From Chloroflexota bacterium (GTDB taxonomy: Bacteria > Chloroflexota > Anaerolineae > Anaerolineales > Anaerolineaceae): 64,000 bases of DNA. Each line of letters opens with the position of its first letter. The first letter of the stretch is position 1. Positions 22,483 to 32,174 of this stretch are shown here, piece by piece. Location of the stretch: contig JAAZNW010000076.1 of NCBI GenBank assembly GCA_012798065.1, positions 13,858 to 77,857 of the forward strand, in the 5' to 3' direction. The notes under the pieces were generated by a model, which searched no databases, was not told the DNA's origin, and saw nothing but the letters and a program-made list of their open reading frames with translations. Made by a program: the position numbers and the translations under genes.

Positions 22483-22570
22483 AGAAAATATTCTAACACA
22501 GCCCCTGCCGGTGGGGCGTTTACAGTCTTATCGTGTAAAATGGACTATATCATTTTTCCGGGAGGGATGA

Positions 22571-23143
22571 ATGCAAGCACTTAAAGAGCGTGTGGCCGCG
22601 GAAGGAAAAAACCTGGGGGATGGTATTCTCAAGGTGGATAGTCTTATCAATCACCAGGTGGATCCCAAGTTAATGGACCTTTGCGGATTGGAGTTCGCGC
22701 GCCGCTTCGCGCTCACCAACCCGACGCGCATTTTAACCGCTGAAATTTCCGGCATTGCGCCAGCATTGATGACCGCCCGTCACCTCAACCTGCCGGTGGT
22801 GTACGCGCGTAAGAGCCGCCCGGTAACCATGCCCGATACGGTGTACCTCACCATCGCTCCTTCTCACACCAAAGGTAACAAGGTAGAGCTGATCATCTCA
22901 CCGGAATACCTGAAACCCGGAGAGAAAGTGCTGATCATTGATGATTTTCTCGCCTCTGGGGCTACCATTTTGGGGCTGGTACGGCTCACCCAGGCTGCCG
23001 GCGCCAGCATCGTGGGAATCGGCACCCTCATCGAAAAAACTTTCGAGGGCGGAAGGGAAGCGCTGCAGTACCTCAAAGTCCCCATCGAAGCGCTGGTGCA
23101 AATCACCAGCATGGAAGATGGGAAAATCATCTTTGCTCCGTAG
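22571..23143 (+). CDS. xpt: Xanthine phosphoribosyltransferase
   Basis: 190 aa. Xpt-type N-terminus (LKERV...GDGILKVDSLINHQVDP). PRPP loop VLIIDDFLASGAT. GGAGGG RBS. Confidence 0.9.
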   Translation: MQALKERVAAEGKNLGDGILKVDSLINHQVDPKLMDLCGLEFARRFALTNPTRILTAEISGIAPALMTARHLNLPVVYARKSRPVTMPDTVYLTIAPSHTKGNKVELIISPEYLKPGEKVLIIDDFLASGATILGLVRLTQAAGASIVGIGTLIEKTFEGGREALQYLKVPIEALVQITSMEDGKIIFAP

Positions 23144-23157
23144 TCTATCGTTCGCTT

Positions 23158-24714
23158 ATGAAAACAGCCATCGCCATACTGGATTTTGGTTCACAGTACA
23201 CACAGCTAATCGCGCGAAGGGTCCGAGAATTGCAGGTGTATTGTGAAATTTACCCATGGCATACTCAGCCAGAAGCCATTCATGCATTAAACCCCGCCGG
23301 GTTTATTCTTTCCGGCGGACCGTCTTCTGTATATGAAGAGAACGCGCCAACGTTGCCGCTGTTCATCCTGCGCTCCGGGCTGCCGGTGCTGGGCATCTGT
23401 TACGGTATGCAATTGCTGGCTGAGGCTTTAGGCGGTATGGTGAGCGCATCTCCGCAGAAAGAGTTCGGTCTGGCAGAAATCGAAGTCACCAGTTCTAACC
23501 CGCTGCTTAAAACTGGCAGACAGACTGTGTGGATGTCGCACGGCGACCAGGTGAAAGAAATGCCCCCGGGTTTTTACCGGCTGGCTTCCTCCGCCAGCAC
23601 TTTCATCGCCGCGATGGCTGATCCTGCGCGCGGTATCTATGGTGTGCAGTTCCACCCCGAGGTGCATCACACCCCGCGCGGGATAGAAATACTGCGCGCT
23701 TTCGTGAACGATATCTGCGGGTTGCAGCCAGAGTGGACGCCGGAGAACATCATCGCGTCATCTGTTGAGCGTATCCGCCGCCAGGTGGGCGGCGCGAACG
23801 TGCTTTCCGCGGTCAGCGGCGGAGTCGATTCCACCGTGGCAACCACGCTGGTACATCGCGCCATCGGCAACCAGTTGCGCACCGTCTTTGTCAACACCGG
23901 CTTACTGCGGTTGAATGAAGCCGAACAGGTGGAGAAGGTACTCAAACAACATCTTGGTATCCCGCTCGTTACAGTAGACGCCAGCGCCGGTTATTTTGAC
24001 GCTCTGCGGGGTATCACGGATCCTGAAGAAAAGCGCCGTGTCATTGGCGCGAAGTTCATCGAGGTGTTCGAGCAAGAGGCCGCTCGCGCCGGCAACCCGC
24101 CGTTCTTAGTGCAGGGCACAATTTACCCGGATGTGGTGGAATCTTCTTCGGCGCAGGGCAGCCAGGCGCAGCGCATCAAGTCTCATCATAATGTCGGCGG
24201 GCTGCCCGAAAGTATGAAATTCGAGTTGATTGAGCCGCTGCGCTATCTTTTTAAAGACGAAGTGCGGCGCGTCGGCGAAGCTCTGGGTATCCCTTCGCAG
24301 CTCGTCTGGCGCCAGCCTTTCCCTGGGCCAGGTTTGGCGGTGCGCTGCCTGGGCGAGGTGACCCCTGAACGGGTGCGGCGTTTACAGCTAGCTGACGCGA
24401 TCTTCCGCGAAGAGCTGGAAACCGCCAACCTGTTAAACCAAAAACCCGCGCCGGGCTGCGCGCTTTTGGCGCAGGCTTTCGTGGTGTTGTTGCCTGTTCG
24501 TTCAGTGGGAGTGATGGGAGATCGGCGCACCTACCAGGAAACCGCCGCCCTGCGCGCGGTGACTTCAGAAGATTTTATGACCGCGGATTGGGCACACCTG
24601 CCTTACGACCTGTTGGGGCGCACAGCCAACCGCATCGTCAACGAGGTGCCCGGGATCAACCGGGTTGTTTACGACATCACCTCTAAACCGCCATCCACCA
24701 TCGAGTGGGAGTGA
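23158..24714 (+). CDS. guaA: GMP synthase (glutamine-hydrolysing)
   Basis: 518 aa. GATase motif GICYGMQ, ATP-PPase P-loop SGGVDS, and C-terminal end ...PPSTIEWE. Confidence 0.95.
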   Translation: MKTAIAILDFGSQYTQLIARRVRELQVYCEIYPWHTQPEAIHALNPAGFILSGGPSSVYEENAPTLPLFILRSGLPVLGICYGMQLLAEALGGMVSASPQKEFGLAEIEVTSSNPLLKTGRQTVWMSHGDQVKEMPPGFYRLASSASTFIAAMADPARGIYGVQFHPEVHHTPRGIEILRAFVNDICGLQPEWTPENIIASSVERIRRQVGGANVLSAVSGGVDSTVATTLVHRAIGNQLRTVFVNTGLLRLNEAEQVEKVLKQHLGIPLVTVDASAGYFDALRGITDPEEKRRVIGAKFIEVFEQEAARAGNPPFLVQGTIYPDVVESSSAQGSQAQRIKSHHNVGGLPESMKFELIEPLRYLFKDEVRRVGEALGIPSQLVWRQPFPGPGLAVRCLGEVTPERVRRLQLADAIFREELETANLLNQKPAPGCALLAQAFVVLLPVRSVGVMGDRRTYQETAALRAVTSEDFMTADWAHLPYDLLGRTANRIVNEVPGINRVVYDITSKPPSTIEWE

Positions 24715-24769
24715 TTCTTATTAACAGCGGGGTTTTCGCTTACAATAGTTGATAAGGAACATTCTGAGC

Positions 24770-26662
24770 ATGCGCTTACCAAGCAGGTTCATCACCTTCA
24801 CCCTGGTCATTATGCTGCTGGCGGTGGTGTTTTCTTCCGCCGCGGGGCAAAACCCTGGCAGCATCACGGTTAAAAAATTGGATACCAGCGCGTACCCGTT
24901 GATCAGCGCCACTTTCACAGCCCTTGACCCCAGCGGCGGGTTTGTGAAAGACCTCAAAACCGGTGAACTGTGGTTAAGCGAAAACAGCGCTGCTGTCACC
25001 TCTTACACCCTCGAGATGGAACAGGTGGGCGTGCGTTTTTTTGTCGCCATCAACGAAGGCCCCACGCTGGATAACCGTTTTTCTGGAGTGATGCGCATCG
25101 ACCGCATCAAGACCGCGTTGTTCAATTGGGTTGCGGCTCAGCCAGCCCCTGCGCTGGACGAATTTCACCTGGTGGTCAACGAGGGGGCGCTTCAATTCAA
25201 CCCGCTTGAACCCTCCAGCTGGTACGCCGCGCTCGATCACTATCAGCCAGACCTGAAGACCGCCACTCCCGGGATGGCGAGCCTTTCTGCCGCAGTGGAT
25301 AACGCGTTGAACAACAGCCTGCAATCTCCCAAGGCCACAGCACTGCTCTTCATCACCCCCCTGCCCACGGAAGTGCAGCTCGCCGCCATGCAAGAGATCA
25401 TTGCCCGCGCCAAAAGCAACAACCTGCACATTTTCATCTGGTTGATTGGCCCACAGGATTACGGTGGCAGTGATACGGCTGTGCAGTTGGAGCGTATCGC
25501 GCGGGATACAGGGGGACAGTTTATTATTTTTTCTGGGGCTGAAGAACTGCCTGCCATTGCTGATTTGCTCGATCCATTCGAATTCGTGTATCACCTCAGC
25601 TATAAAACCGCCAACAACATCAGCGGAGAGTACAGCCTGGTGCTTGAAATCAAGAGGGGCGAGCTGGTGCTGGCTTCAGAACCGGTAACATACGAGCTGG
25701 CGGTATCACCGCCCAACCCCATCTTCCTTTCGCCACCCAGCACTATCGAACGTAGTTGGAGCGAGACCAAAAAAAAATCTGCTTCTGTGTTGATCCCGGA
25801 GAAGGTCAACCTGAAAATCCTGGTCGAGTTTCCAGACGGGATGCAGCGGGAGCTGGTGAACAGTCGTCTTTTCGTGGATGGTGGCTTGGCAGATGAAAGG
25901 AGCGCCCCGCCCTTTGACACATTCACCTGGGATCTCTCAAAGTACACCGAAAGCGGCCTGCACAACCTGCAGGTCATCATCGAAGACGCTGCCGGGTTAA
26001 CAGGTCAAACCATCCAGCTACCAGTAGAAGTGAAGGTCGCCGAGCGAAAAATCACCGCTGCGGAGCGCCTGCTCGAGCAGCTTACGCTGGTCAATGGCAT
26101 CATCATGGGCGTTATCCTGCTGGTGCTTCTCATCGGGCTGGTATTGTTGGTAAAAACCCTGAAAAAGAGAATTAAAAAGAGACCCGTCAAAAAACCCGCT
26201 GATCCGGTCACGCAGCCGGTAAATATTGAAGGAGAATACACCCTCGCGCCGCCACAACCGGAGACTACGATCCAATGGCCGGTCATCCGCGGGGTTGGGC
26301 TGGCGCCCGCTCGATTGATCCAGAAGCGCTCTGCTGCGCCGGTGGTGGATTATCTGCCTGAAATTCCGCTGGGAAACGATGAGGTGCTTATCGGCTCTGA
26401 ACGCCGTAAAGCGGATTACGTCCTGGTGCACAGTACGGTTAGCCCGCTGCACGCGCGCATCTATAAAGACGCTGACGGCAATTATCGCATCGCGGATTCA
26501 GGTTCCGCCGCGGGCACATGGGTCAACTACGCGCCGGTATCCACCAGGGGGGTACAGTTGGAGCATGGAGACCTGGTGCAGTTCGGCCGGCTGGCGTATA
26601 TTTTTGAATTGCACAGCGCCGCGCCGCGGCGGGTGAAAGTGCTGCCATATCAAGAAGACTGA
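24770..26662 (+). CDS. Single-pass membrane protein: extracytoplasmic VWA-like domain (degenerate MIDAS) + TM + cytoplasmic FHA domain
   Basis: N-terminal signal/anchor. VWA-like alpha/beta region with FFVAINEGPT in place of DxSxS. TM helix LTLVNGIIMGVILLVLLIGLVLLV. C-terminal FHA (VLIGSERRKADYVL..VSPLHARIY...YRIADSGSAAGTWVN). ATG at 24770 chosen over TTG at 24749. Confidence 0.7.
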   Translation: MRLPSRFITFTLVIMLLAVVFSSAAGQNPGSITVKKLDTSAYPLISATFTALDPSGGFVKDLKTGELWLSENSAAVTSYTLEMEQVGVRFFVAINEGPTLDNRFSGVMRIDRIKTALFNWVAAQPAPALDEFHLVVNEGALQFNPLEPSSWYAALDHYQPDLKTATPGMASLSAAVDNALNNSLQSPKATALLFITPLPTEVQLAAMQEIIARAKSNNLHIFIWLIGPQDYGGSDTAVQLERIARDTGGQFIIFSGAEELPAIADLLDPFEFVYHLSYKTANNISGEYSLVLEIKRGELVLASEPVTYELAVSPPNPIFLSPPSTIERSWSETKKKSASVLIPEKVNLKILVEFPDGMQRELVNSRLFVDGGLADERSAPPFDTFTWDLSKYTESGLHNLQVIIEDAAGLTGQTIQLPVEVKVAERKITAAERLLEQLTLVNGIIMGVILLVLLIGLVLLVKTLKKRIKKRPVKKPADPVTQPVNIEGEYTLAPPQPETTIQWPVIRGVGLAPARLIQKRSAAPVVDYLPEIPLGNDEVLIGSERRKADYVLVHSTVSPLHARIYKDADGNYRIADSGSAAGTWVNYAPVSTRGVQLEHGDLVQFGRLAYIFELHSAAPRRVKVLPYQED

Positions 26663-26715
26663 TCAATAATCATTGTAACCGCAGCAGAGGGCAGCGCCCT
26701 CCGGCTGGTCTATTT

Positions 26716-27612
26716 TCACACCTCGATTCCAGCTGCCCTGGCGCGCGCCAGGATTTGCTCCGCCCGTTTTACCACCGGCAGGTCAACCAGTTTTCCCTGG
26801 TGAGTGAACACACCGCTGCCGCCGCGCTGGGCGAGCTCAGCCCCATGCACAATTTCACGCGCGTAAGCGATGAGAGAATCCGAGGGCGTGAACGCGCGCT
26901 GCACCGGCCCAACCTGCGAAGGGTGCACCACTGTTTTACCGCTGAATCCCAGCTCCACCGCGTCGCGGCATTCCGCCTCCAGCAGCGCTGTATCCCGGTA
27001 GTTGATCTGCACCATGTCGATGGCTTGCAGTTGAAAAGCCGCCGCGTGCAGCACCAGCGCGCTGCGCGCGTACAACAGCTCGCGCGCCGAATTTGTACGC
27101 GTCACCCCGGTATCCGCGCAAAAATCCTCTGCCCCAAAGACCAGTGCCTGCACACGCGCGCTCGCCCGGCAGATCTCCGCCAGGTTCACAAACGCAGACG
27201 CGCTTTCAATGAGCAGCGCCAGGGCGATCTCGCCCTCCTGCCAGCCTTGCGACTGTTCGAACGCGCTGATGATCTTCTCCACCGCCACGACGATCGCCGC
27301 GCTATCTGCTTTGGGAATGAGAATAGCATCCGGTTTGCCCGGTAACACCGCCGCCAGGTCTTGCTCGGCCCTGCCGCTGTACAGCGGATTAATCCGCACC
27401 AGGCGCTCAGTTCGCCCGAAATCCACTCGTTCCAGCGCCTGGCGAATCACACCGCGGGCTTCATCTTTGCGGTTGAAAGCCACCCCGTCTTCCAGGTCAA
27501 GGATGGCGCAGTCCAGCCCAAGCGTGGCTGATTTCACGATTTTATTTTCATCGCTGCCGGGCACATACATCATTGCCCTGCGCGAGCGGGTCACAGGTGA
27601 AGATATTGGCAT
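26716..27612 (-). CDS. HpcH/HpaI aldolase / citrate lyase beta (CitE)-like acyl-CoA lyase
   Basis: 298 aa. MYVPGSDENKI...DLEDGVA motif typical of CitE/malyl-CoA lyase-like proteins. Confidence 0.8.
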   Translation of the reverse strand: MPISSPVTRSRRAMMYVPGSDENKIVKSATLGLDCAILDLEDGVAFNRKDEARGVIRQALERVDFGRTERLVRINPLYSGRAEQDLAAVLPGKPDAILIPKADSAAIVVAVEKIISAFEQSQGWQEGEIALALLIESASAFVNLAEICRASARVQALVFGAEDFCADTGVTRTNSARELLYARSALVLHAAAFQLQAIDMVQINYRDTALLEAECRDAVELGFSGKTVVHPSQVGPVQRAFTPSDSLIAYAREIVHGAELAQRGGSGVFTHQGKLVDLPVVKRAEQILARARAAGIEV

Positions 27613-27660
27613 GGTCGCTGCTCCTGTTAGAAATATTGGCTTGCGATAAAATGATACTAC

Positions 27661-28278
27661 ATGGAGGAAAACCCGTTGAATAAGCCCGTGAAAACGCTTC
27701 CAGCAGGTTACACCCTGGCCGGCTCCATCACTCTCACCAGAACCGCTGATCTCCTTCCTATGCTTATCTGGAGCCTGGTGCTGCCCGCGCTTTTACTCCT
27801 GCTGGTGGTGACGGTGTTGTGCCTCACCCATCAAATCGCCGATTGGAACCTGTTCAGCCTCCATTCAGTTGGTCAAATCGCCGCCTTTTTTGGTGGAATG
27901 TTGCTGGTGACGCTGGTGATGGTCATCGCGCATGAAGGGTTGCACGGGCTGGTATTCTGGTGTGCCACTGGCAATCTACCCAGGTTTGAGTTCAAGTTTT
28001 ATTATGCTTCAGCCAGCCCCGGCGGCTGGTACCTGCCACGGCGGGTGTTCATGCTGGCCACGCTGGTCCCCCTGGTCACCATCAGTCTGGTATGCCTGGC
28101 GCTGATTCCATTTGCTTCCCCATTCTTACGCTGCCTGCTCATTTTGTTAGCGGTGTTCAACGCGTCAGGCTCGGCTGGTGACCTGGTGGTTGCGCTGCGT
28201 CTGTTTAGGCTGCCGGCAGAAACGCTCAGCCTGGATAATGGCACTTCGGTGTACTTTTTTATCCCCGCGCCTGGTTGA
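27661..28278 (+). CDS. DUF3267-like membrane protein with HExxH motif (putative zincin peptidase)
   Basis: 205 aa, 4-5 hydrophobic helices. HEGLHG motif after TM2. Confidence 0.6.
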   Translation: MEENPLNKPVKTLPAGYTLAGSITLTRTADLLPMLIWSLVLPALLLLLVVTVLCLTHQIADWNLFSLHSVGQIAAFFGGMLLVTLVMVIAHEGLHGLVFWCATGNLPRFEFKFYYASASPGGWYLPRRVFMLATLVPLVTISLVCLALIPFASPFLRCLLILLAVFNASGSAGDLVVALRLFRLPAETLSLDNGTSVYFFIPAPG

Positions 28279-28325
28279 GAGGGTTGATTCACAACCCGGT
28301 TTTGCTTGCCCGCGGGTGTCACTCG

Positions 28326-28334
28326 TGATAAAAT
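28326..28334 (+). promoter_or_regulatory. Candidate extended -10 promoter for the tRNA-Ser pair
   Basis: TGATAAAAT (TGn + TAAAAT) 23 nt upstream of the first tRNA. No good -35 at 17-nt spacing. Confidence 0.3.
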
Positions 28335-28356
28335 GACAATCCCTGCGCAGGAACAA

Positions 28357-28444
28357 GGAAGGGTGGCCGAGTGGTTTAAGGCGCCTGTCTTGAAAACAGG
28401 TTTGGTGAAAGCCAACGTGGGTTCGAATCCCTCCCCTTCCGCCA
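28357..28444 (+). tRNA. tRNA-Ser (anticodon UGA)
   Basis: GGAAGGG acceptor pairs with CCCTTCC. Anticodon arm CCTGT-CTTGAAA-ACAGG. Long variable arm, TTCGAAT T-loop, encoded GCCA 3' end. 88 nt. Confidence 0.9.
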
Positions 28445-28475
28445 GTCTCTATTCGCTGGGAACAACAGCATACAC

Positions 28476-28568
28476 GGGGAGGTGCCGGAGTGGCTGAACG
28501 GGATCGCCTGCTAAGTGATTGTCGGGCTTTAAACTCGACCGGGGGTTCGAATCCCCCCCTCCCCGCCA
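28476..28568 (+). tRNA. tRNA-Ser (anticodon GCU)
   Basis: GGGGAGG acceptor pairs with CCTCCCC. Anticodon arm ATCGC-CTGCTAA-GTGAT. Long variable arm, GGGGG-TTCGAAT-CCCCC T-arm, encoded GCCA. 93 nt. Confidence 0.9.
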
Positions 28569-28573
28569 TTTTT

Positions 28574-28604
28574 ACACAGGAGGTTTTCCAGCCTGTGTTT
28601 TTTG
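28574..28604 (+). terminator. Rho-independent terminator after the tRNA-Ser pair
   Basis: ACACAGG-(11 nt)-CCTGTGT followed by TTTTTTG, 6 nt after the second tRNA. Confidence 0.6.
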
Positions 28605-28630
28605 TTCATTCGCTTATTTTGTTTGCGAAA

Positions 28631-29017
28631 TTATTTCACATTCACCTGCACCATAAACACTTTTAACGGCTCAACATTATCCTTCCATGGACGGTAATAG
28701 ACCAGCTTGAGGTTACTCGTTCCCGCGGCGATGGTTTTAAATTTATAGGTAAACACGCCGCCTGAACCGATAAGTATTGAATCTGACTTGTACTCTGGTT
28801 CGCCAACCAGCTCCACCACGGCTGGATCGATCTCCTTCAATTCCCAGATGTAGCCGGTGGTGGGTGCCCCCTCCAGAGCCACTGTGAATGTTTGCCTGTT
28901 TTTCAGGTCAAGCGTGGAGCCACTATCCGCCAGTTTTAATTTCGCGGCCGGCGCGCTGCATGCCGCCAAGGCAAGCAATATCACCACAAACACGACAACC
29001 ACGAAACGTTTTTTCAT
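28631..29017 (-). CDS. Chagasin-family (I42) peptidase-inhibitor lipoprotein
   Basis: 128 aa from ATG 29017 with GGAGG RBS. Signal plus lipobox (LLALAAC). APTTGYIWE motif typical of inhibitor_I42. The longer 264-aa track ORF overlaps the next gene and is rejected. Confidence 0.75.
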   Translation of the reverse strand: MKKRFVVVVFVVILLALAACSAPAAKLKLADSGSTLDLKNRQTFTVALEGAPTTGYIWELKEIDPAVVELVGEPEYKSDSILIGSGGVFTYKFKTIAAGTSNLKLVYYRPWKDNVEPLKVFMVQVNVK

Positions 29018-29076
29018 CTTTACCTCCGGAGTATTCCTTATCACCAAGACGGGTTGGGTCGTATTTTCGTTCCACG

Positions 29077-29733
29077 CTAGCGGGCGCTGCAAACCACCAG
29101 GAACCAGACGATAGTGGAGATTAGTACCAGCCACTCCAAAAACGCCATCCACCAGAAGCGTGGACGTGCGCGCACTTTTTCTGTGTCCAGCACGTTTTGA
29201 GCCTGTTTTTTCGCCGCTCTGCCGGCGTAAAGCAAGAAAGCCGTGTAGGCAGCCAGAGATAAAACACCAAAAAAGAGCACATACAGCGGAATCACCCTGC
29301 GAGCAGCCGGCTGCAGGATGATGGCCACGCTGAACAGCAGCACCGTCACCAATCCGGAGCGGAAATACGTCATCGCCGCGATTGTGTGCGGGTTGATCTG
29401 GTTCATGGGGAAAATGCCAACGCACATACTGGCAGCCGCGGTGACAATGCCGGCGCTCATGGCAATGTACCCCCAGGGGGTATTCATATCAAAACCCACA
29501 CCGATAAGCATCAAGATGAAGAGCAGCCCCGCGAGGATCAGAGAGGCGTTGAAAAGCGGCGCCATGCGAGAAACACCCAGCTCCCCAAGTTCAGAAATGA
29601 AATGACGTGTAATCGAGTAACGCTCACCCTCTTTACCGCGATAAAAAAGAGCCGAGAGCAGCACCCCTGCCAAAATCACCAGGCTGCCCGCCAGCCCCAG
29701 CCTCTGGTAAGATTGTATCAACCATGCAAGCAT
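29077..29733 (-). CDS. DUF998-like integral membrane protein
   Basis: About 218 aa, 6 TM. N-terminal ...YSITRHFISELGE motif resembles DUF998. ATG 29733 is preceded by GGGAGGG. Confidence 0.6.
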   Translation of the reverse strand: MLAWLIQSYQRLGLAGSLVILAGVLLSALFYRGKEGERYSITRHFISELGELGVSRMAPLFNASLILAGLLFILMLIGVGFDMNTPWGYIAMSAGIVTAAASMCVGIFPMNQINPHTIAAMTYFRSGLVTVLLFSVAIILQPAARRVIPLYVLFFGVLSLAAYTAFLLYAGRAAKKQAQNVLDTEKVRARPRFWWMAFLEWLVLISTIVWFLVVCSAR

Positions 29734-29879
29734 TGCTGAAGTCCCTCCCAAGAACAGCTCGTGAAATTGACCCTTGTTTCTGGTATTCTAAAATAGATGG
29801 TTTGCCAGTATCATAACCCATAAACTGGCTCTGACTTCTTTTTTAAGTTCCTTAAAAATTCGCATGCACGGAGTGTTCT

Positions 29880-30653
29880 ATGTACGAAACCTTATCATCA
29901 GATTATGACCGTTTTGTTAACTGGCATAACCGCCTGCCCTATGAAATGCCTTTCATTGAAAGAATAGTCAATCAAATACAAACGGGCAGCCCGCGTTCGC
30001 TCCATATCCTCGACTGCGCCTGCGGCACCGGTATGCACGCCATCGCACTGGCGCAGCGTGGACAGCAGGTCAGCGGGGCTGACCTGTTCCCGCAAATGAT
30101 AGAAATAAGCCGCCAAAACGCTGCCAATGCCGGCGTTCAGGTTCGTTTCGAGGTTGCCGGGTTCGATCAGCTGGCAGCGCAGTTTGGGCAGGCTCAATTC
30201 GACCTGCTGCTTTGCTTGGGGAACTCGCTTCCTCACCTGCTCAGCCCAGCAGATCTGGCTGACGCGTTGGACGATTTCGCCCTCTGTCTGCGCCCTGGAG
30301 GGATGCTGCTCATCCAAAACCGCAATTTTGACCTGGTCATGCAGCAGAAGGAGCGCTGGATGGAGCCGCAGGTTCACCGCGAAGGAAACATCGAATGGCT
30401 TTTCCAGCGGTTTTACGATTTTGAAGAGGATGGACTGATCCGCTTCAATATCGTGACCCTTAAAAATGAAAATGGCGCTGGCTGGCAGTCATCCGTTGCC
30501 AGCACCCGTCTGCGCCCGCAATTACACGCCGAGTTGCAAAGCGCTTTGAGCCTTGCCGGTTTTGAAAGCATACACCCCTATGGAAGCCTGGCAGGCGACC
30601 CGTTCTCAGCTGCTTCCAGTGGTAACCTGGTGCTGACGGCGGTGCGCACTTAA
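29880..30653 (+). CDS. Class I SAM-dependent methyltransferase
   Basis: 257 aa. Motif I ILDCACGTGMHAIALAQRG, motif post-I GADLFPQM. Confidence 0.85.
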   Translation: MYETLSSDYDRFVNWHNRLPYEMPFIERIVNQIQTGSPRSLHILDCACGTGMHAIALAQRGQQVSGADLFPQMIEISRQNAANAGVQVRFEVAGFDQLAAQFGQAQFDLLLCLGNSLPHLLSPADLADALDDFALCLRPGGMLLIQNRNFDLVMQQKERWMEPQVHREGNIEWLFQRFYDFEEDGLIRFNIVTLKNENGAGWQSSVASTRLRPQLHAELQSALSLAGFESIHPYGSLAGDPFSAASSGNLVLTAVRT

Positions 30654-30668
30654 AAAAAGGGAGGCAGT

Positions 30669-31781
30669 ATGAAGATCGAGCCCGTCAGCAGTAAGTGCGA
30701 CCTGCAAGCCTTTATCAACCTGCCTTATCAGTTATACCGCCGCGACCCTACCTGGGTGCCGCCACTGCGCTCAGAACAGCGCGCTCAGTTTTCGCCGCAG
30801 CGCAACCCCATGCTCAGGCATTGCGAATACCAGCTCTTTCTGGCCAGGGAGGGGGATGAGGTAGTGGGGCGAATCTCCGCTTTCATCGACCACCTGGCGC
30901 TGGAACACTGGGGACAGCCCATTGGGCTGTTTGGTTCTTTTGAGTGCGTGAACGACCCGAGAGTCTCAGAAGGGTTACTCGCCAGCGCGCGCGCCTGGCT
31001 GCGCGCGAAGGATATGCGCCGGATGCGCGGTCCGTGGAGTTTTGCTTCACAGGAGTGGGGGCTGGTGGTAGAAGGCTACCAACCAGAACCGGTCATCATG
31101 GCGCCTTACAATCCGCCTTATTACAATGACCTGCTCACCGATTTCGGGCTTACTGCGGTTAAAGACCTGCTGGTATACGTGATCGATGCCCGGGAAAATT
31201 ACGTCATCCCCGAGCGTATTCTACAGTTGACGCAAAAAGTGCAACAGCGTTACCGCGTGCGTGTGCGCCCAGTGAATATGAAACGCCTCGAAGAAGATGT
31301 GCTTACCATTACCCGGCTGGCAAACGCCTCCATCTGTGACAACTGGGGGTTCTATCCAGTAACCGAGGAAGAAGCGCGGGCAATGGCGCGCGACATGAAG
31401 CAAATTGTCAACCCCGCCGCCATCCTCATCGCCGAAGAGGAAAATGGCAGCCCAATTGGCTTCGCCATGAGCCTGCCTGATATCAACCAGGTGCTCAAAG
31501 GGCTTAATGGGCGCCTGTTGCCTTTTGGGTTCTTTAAGATGCTTTTACTGCTGCCGCGCTTGCACCAGTACCGTATGTGGGCGCTGGGGGTAATTCCACA
31601 GTGGCAGGGCAGGGCCATTGACACCCTGCTTTACCGCGCCACTTACGACGCGCTCTATACCGATAAACTCCGCCTGGAGATCAATTACGTCTTGGAAGAC
31701 AACGACCGTATGAATAACGCCATCAGCAAGCTTGGTGCCAGACCTCTACGGCGTTATCGCATTTACGAAGCAGGTATTTAA
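30669..31781 (+). CDS. GNAT-superfamily-like acyltransferase (two-lobed, ~370 aa family)
   Basis: N-terminus FINLPYQLYRRDPTWVPPL matches a widespread family usually annotated GNAT N-acetyltransferase. 15 nt after the methyltransferase gene. Assignment is from memory only. Confidence 0.55.
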   Translation: MKIEPVSSKCDLQAFINLPYQLYRRDPTWVPPLRSEQRAQFSPQRNPMLRHCEYQLFLAREGDEVVGRISAFIDHLALEHWGQPIGLFGSFECVNDPRVSEGLLASARAWLRAKDMRRMRGPWSFASQEWGLVVEGYQPEPVIMAPYNPPYYNDLLTDFGLTAVKDLLVYVIDARENYVIPERILQLTQKVQQRYRVRVRPVNMKRLEEDVLTITRLANASICDNWGFYPVTEEEARAMARDMKQIVNPAAILIAEEENGSPIGFAMSLPDINQVLKGLNGRLLPFGFFKMLLLLPRLHQYRMWALGVIPQWQGRAIDTLLYRATYDALYTDKLRLEINYVLEDNDRMNNAISKLGARPLRRYRIYEAGI

Positions 31782-31795
31782 GCTCGCCCCCAATC

Positions 31796-31824
31796 TTGAC
31801 TTATGCCGGTGAAGTTGCTATGCT
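31796..31824 (+). promoter_or_regulatory. Sigma70-type promoter candidate
   Basis: TTGACT - 17 nt - TATGCT, about 105 nt upstream of the 64-codon ORF. Confidence 0.4.
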
Positions 31825-31931
31825 GAAATAAACAGCACCCTTCCCGAATTCATCGTGGTATGTTCGCCAGGTTAATACATCGCGCAGCTGTTCCATACTG
31901 AACGGTCTTTATTTATGAAAGGAGGAGCAAG

Positions 31932-32126
31932 ATGTATCTCCACCTCGATGAAGAAGAAAAGAAGATCCTGCTTGATTTATTGGATACCTGTATTTCGGAC
32001 CTGCGCCAGGAAATCGCCGGCACAGATAATATCAACTATAAAGATATGCTCAAGCAACGCAAGCAGGTGCTCATCAAACTATTTCAGGCGCTTCAATCTG
32101 ACCAGCAGACCCAGTCAATGACCTGA
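31932..32126 (+). CDS. Small acidic/helical hypothetical protein (64 aa)
   Basis: GGAGGAG RBS 5 nt upstream. Heptad-like helical sequence (EEEKKILLDLLDTCISDLRQEI...). No function known to me. Confidence 0.5.
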   Translation: MYLHLDEEEKKILLDLLDTCISDLRQEIAGTDNINYKDMLKQRKQVLIKLFQALQSDQQTQSMT

Positions 32127-32174
32127 AACACCAGTGTAAGCGGCTTGCCCCGGTGTTCATAACCTTCACCGCAG

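Noticed and set aside
22483-22570. Possible purine (guanine) riboswitch upstream of xpt
   Set aside because: xpt is a classic purine-riboswitch target, and there are loose matches (GCCCC..GGGGC hairpin, GTTT, CGTGTAAAA, GGACTATAT). However, P3 would have only about 4 bp, the J1/2 and loop-loop residues do not fit, and the whole gap is 88 nt and must also hold the promoter. An Infernal search with RF00167 would settle it.
28357-28568. tRNA-Ser pair as an integration site of a genomic island
   Set aside because: There is no integrase or recombinase, and I found no direct repeat of the tRNA 3' end by eye downstream. It is kept only as a weak compositional/accessory observation.
28165-28569. ORFs of 134 aa (-) and 63 aa (+) across the tRNA-Ser pair
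   Set aside because: They are read straight through two well-folding tRNA genes, so they are artefacts of the six-frame track.
29018-29425. N-terminal extension making the chagasin-like ORF 264 aa
   Set aside because: The extension overlaps the DUF998 gene in another frame. The internal ATG at 29017 has a GGAGG RBS and is followed immediately by a signal peptide and lipobox.
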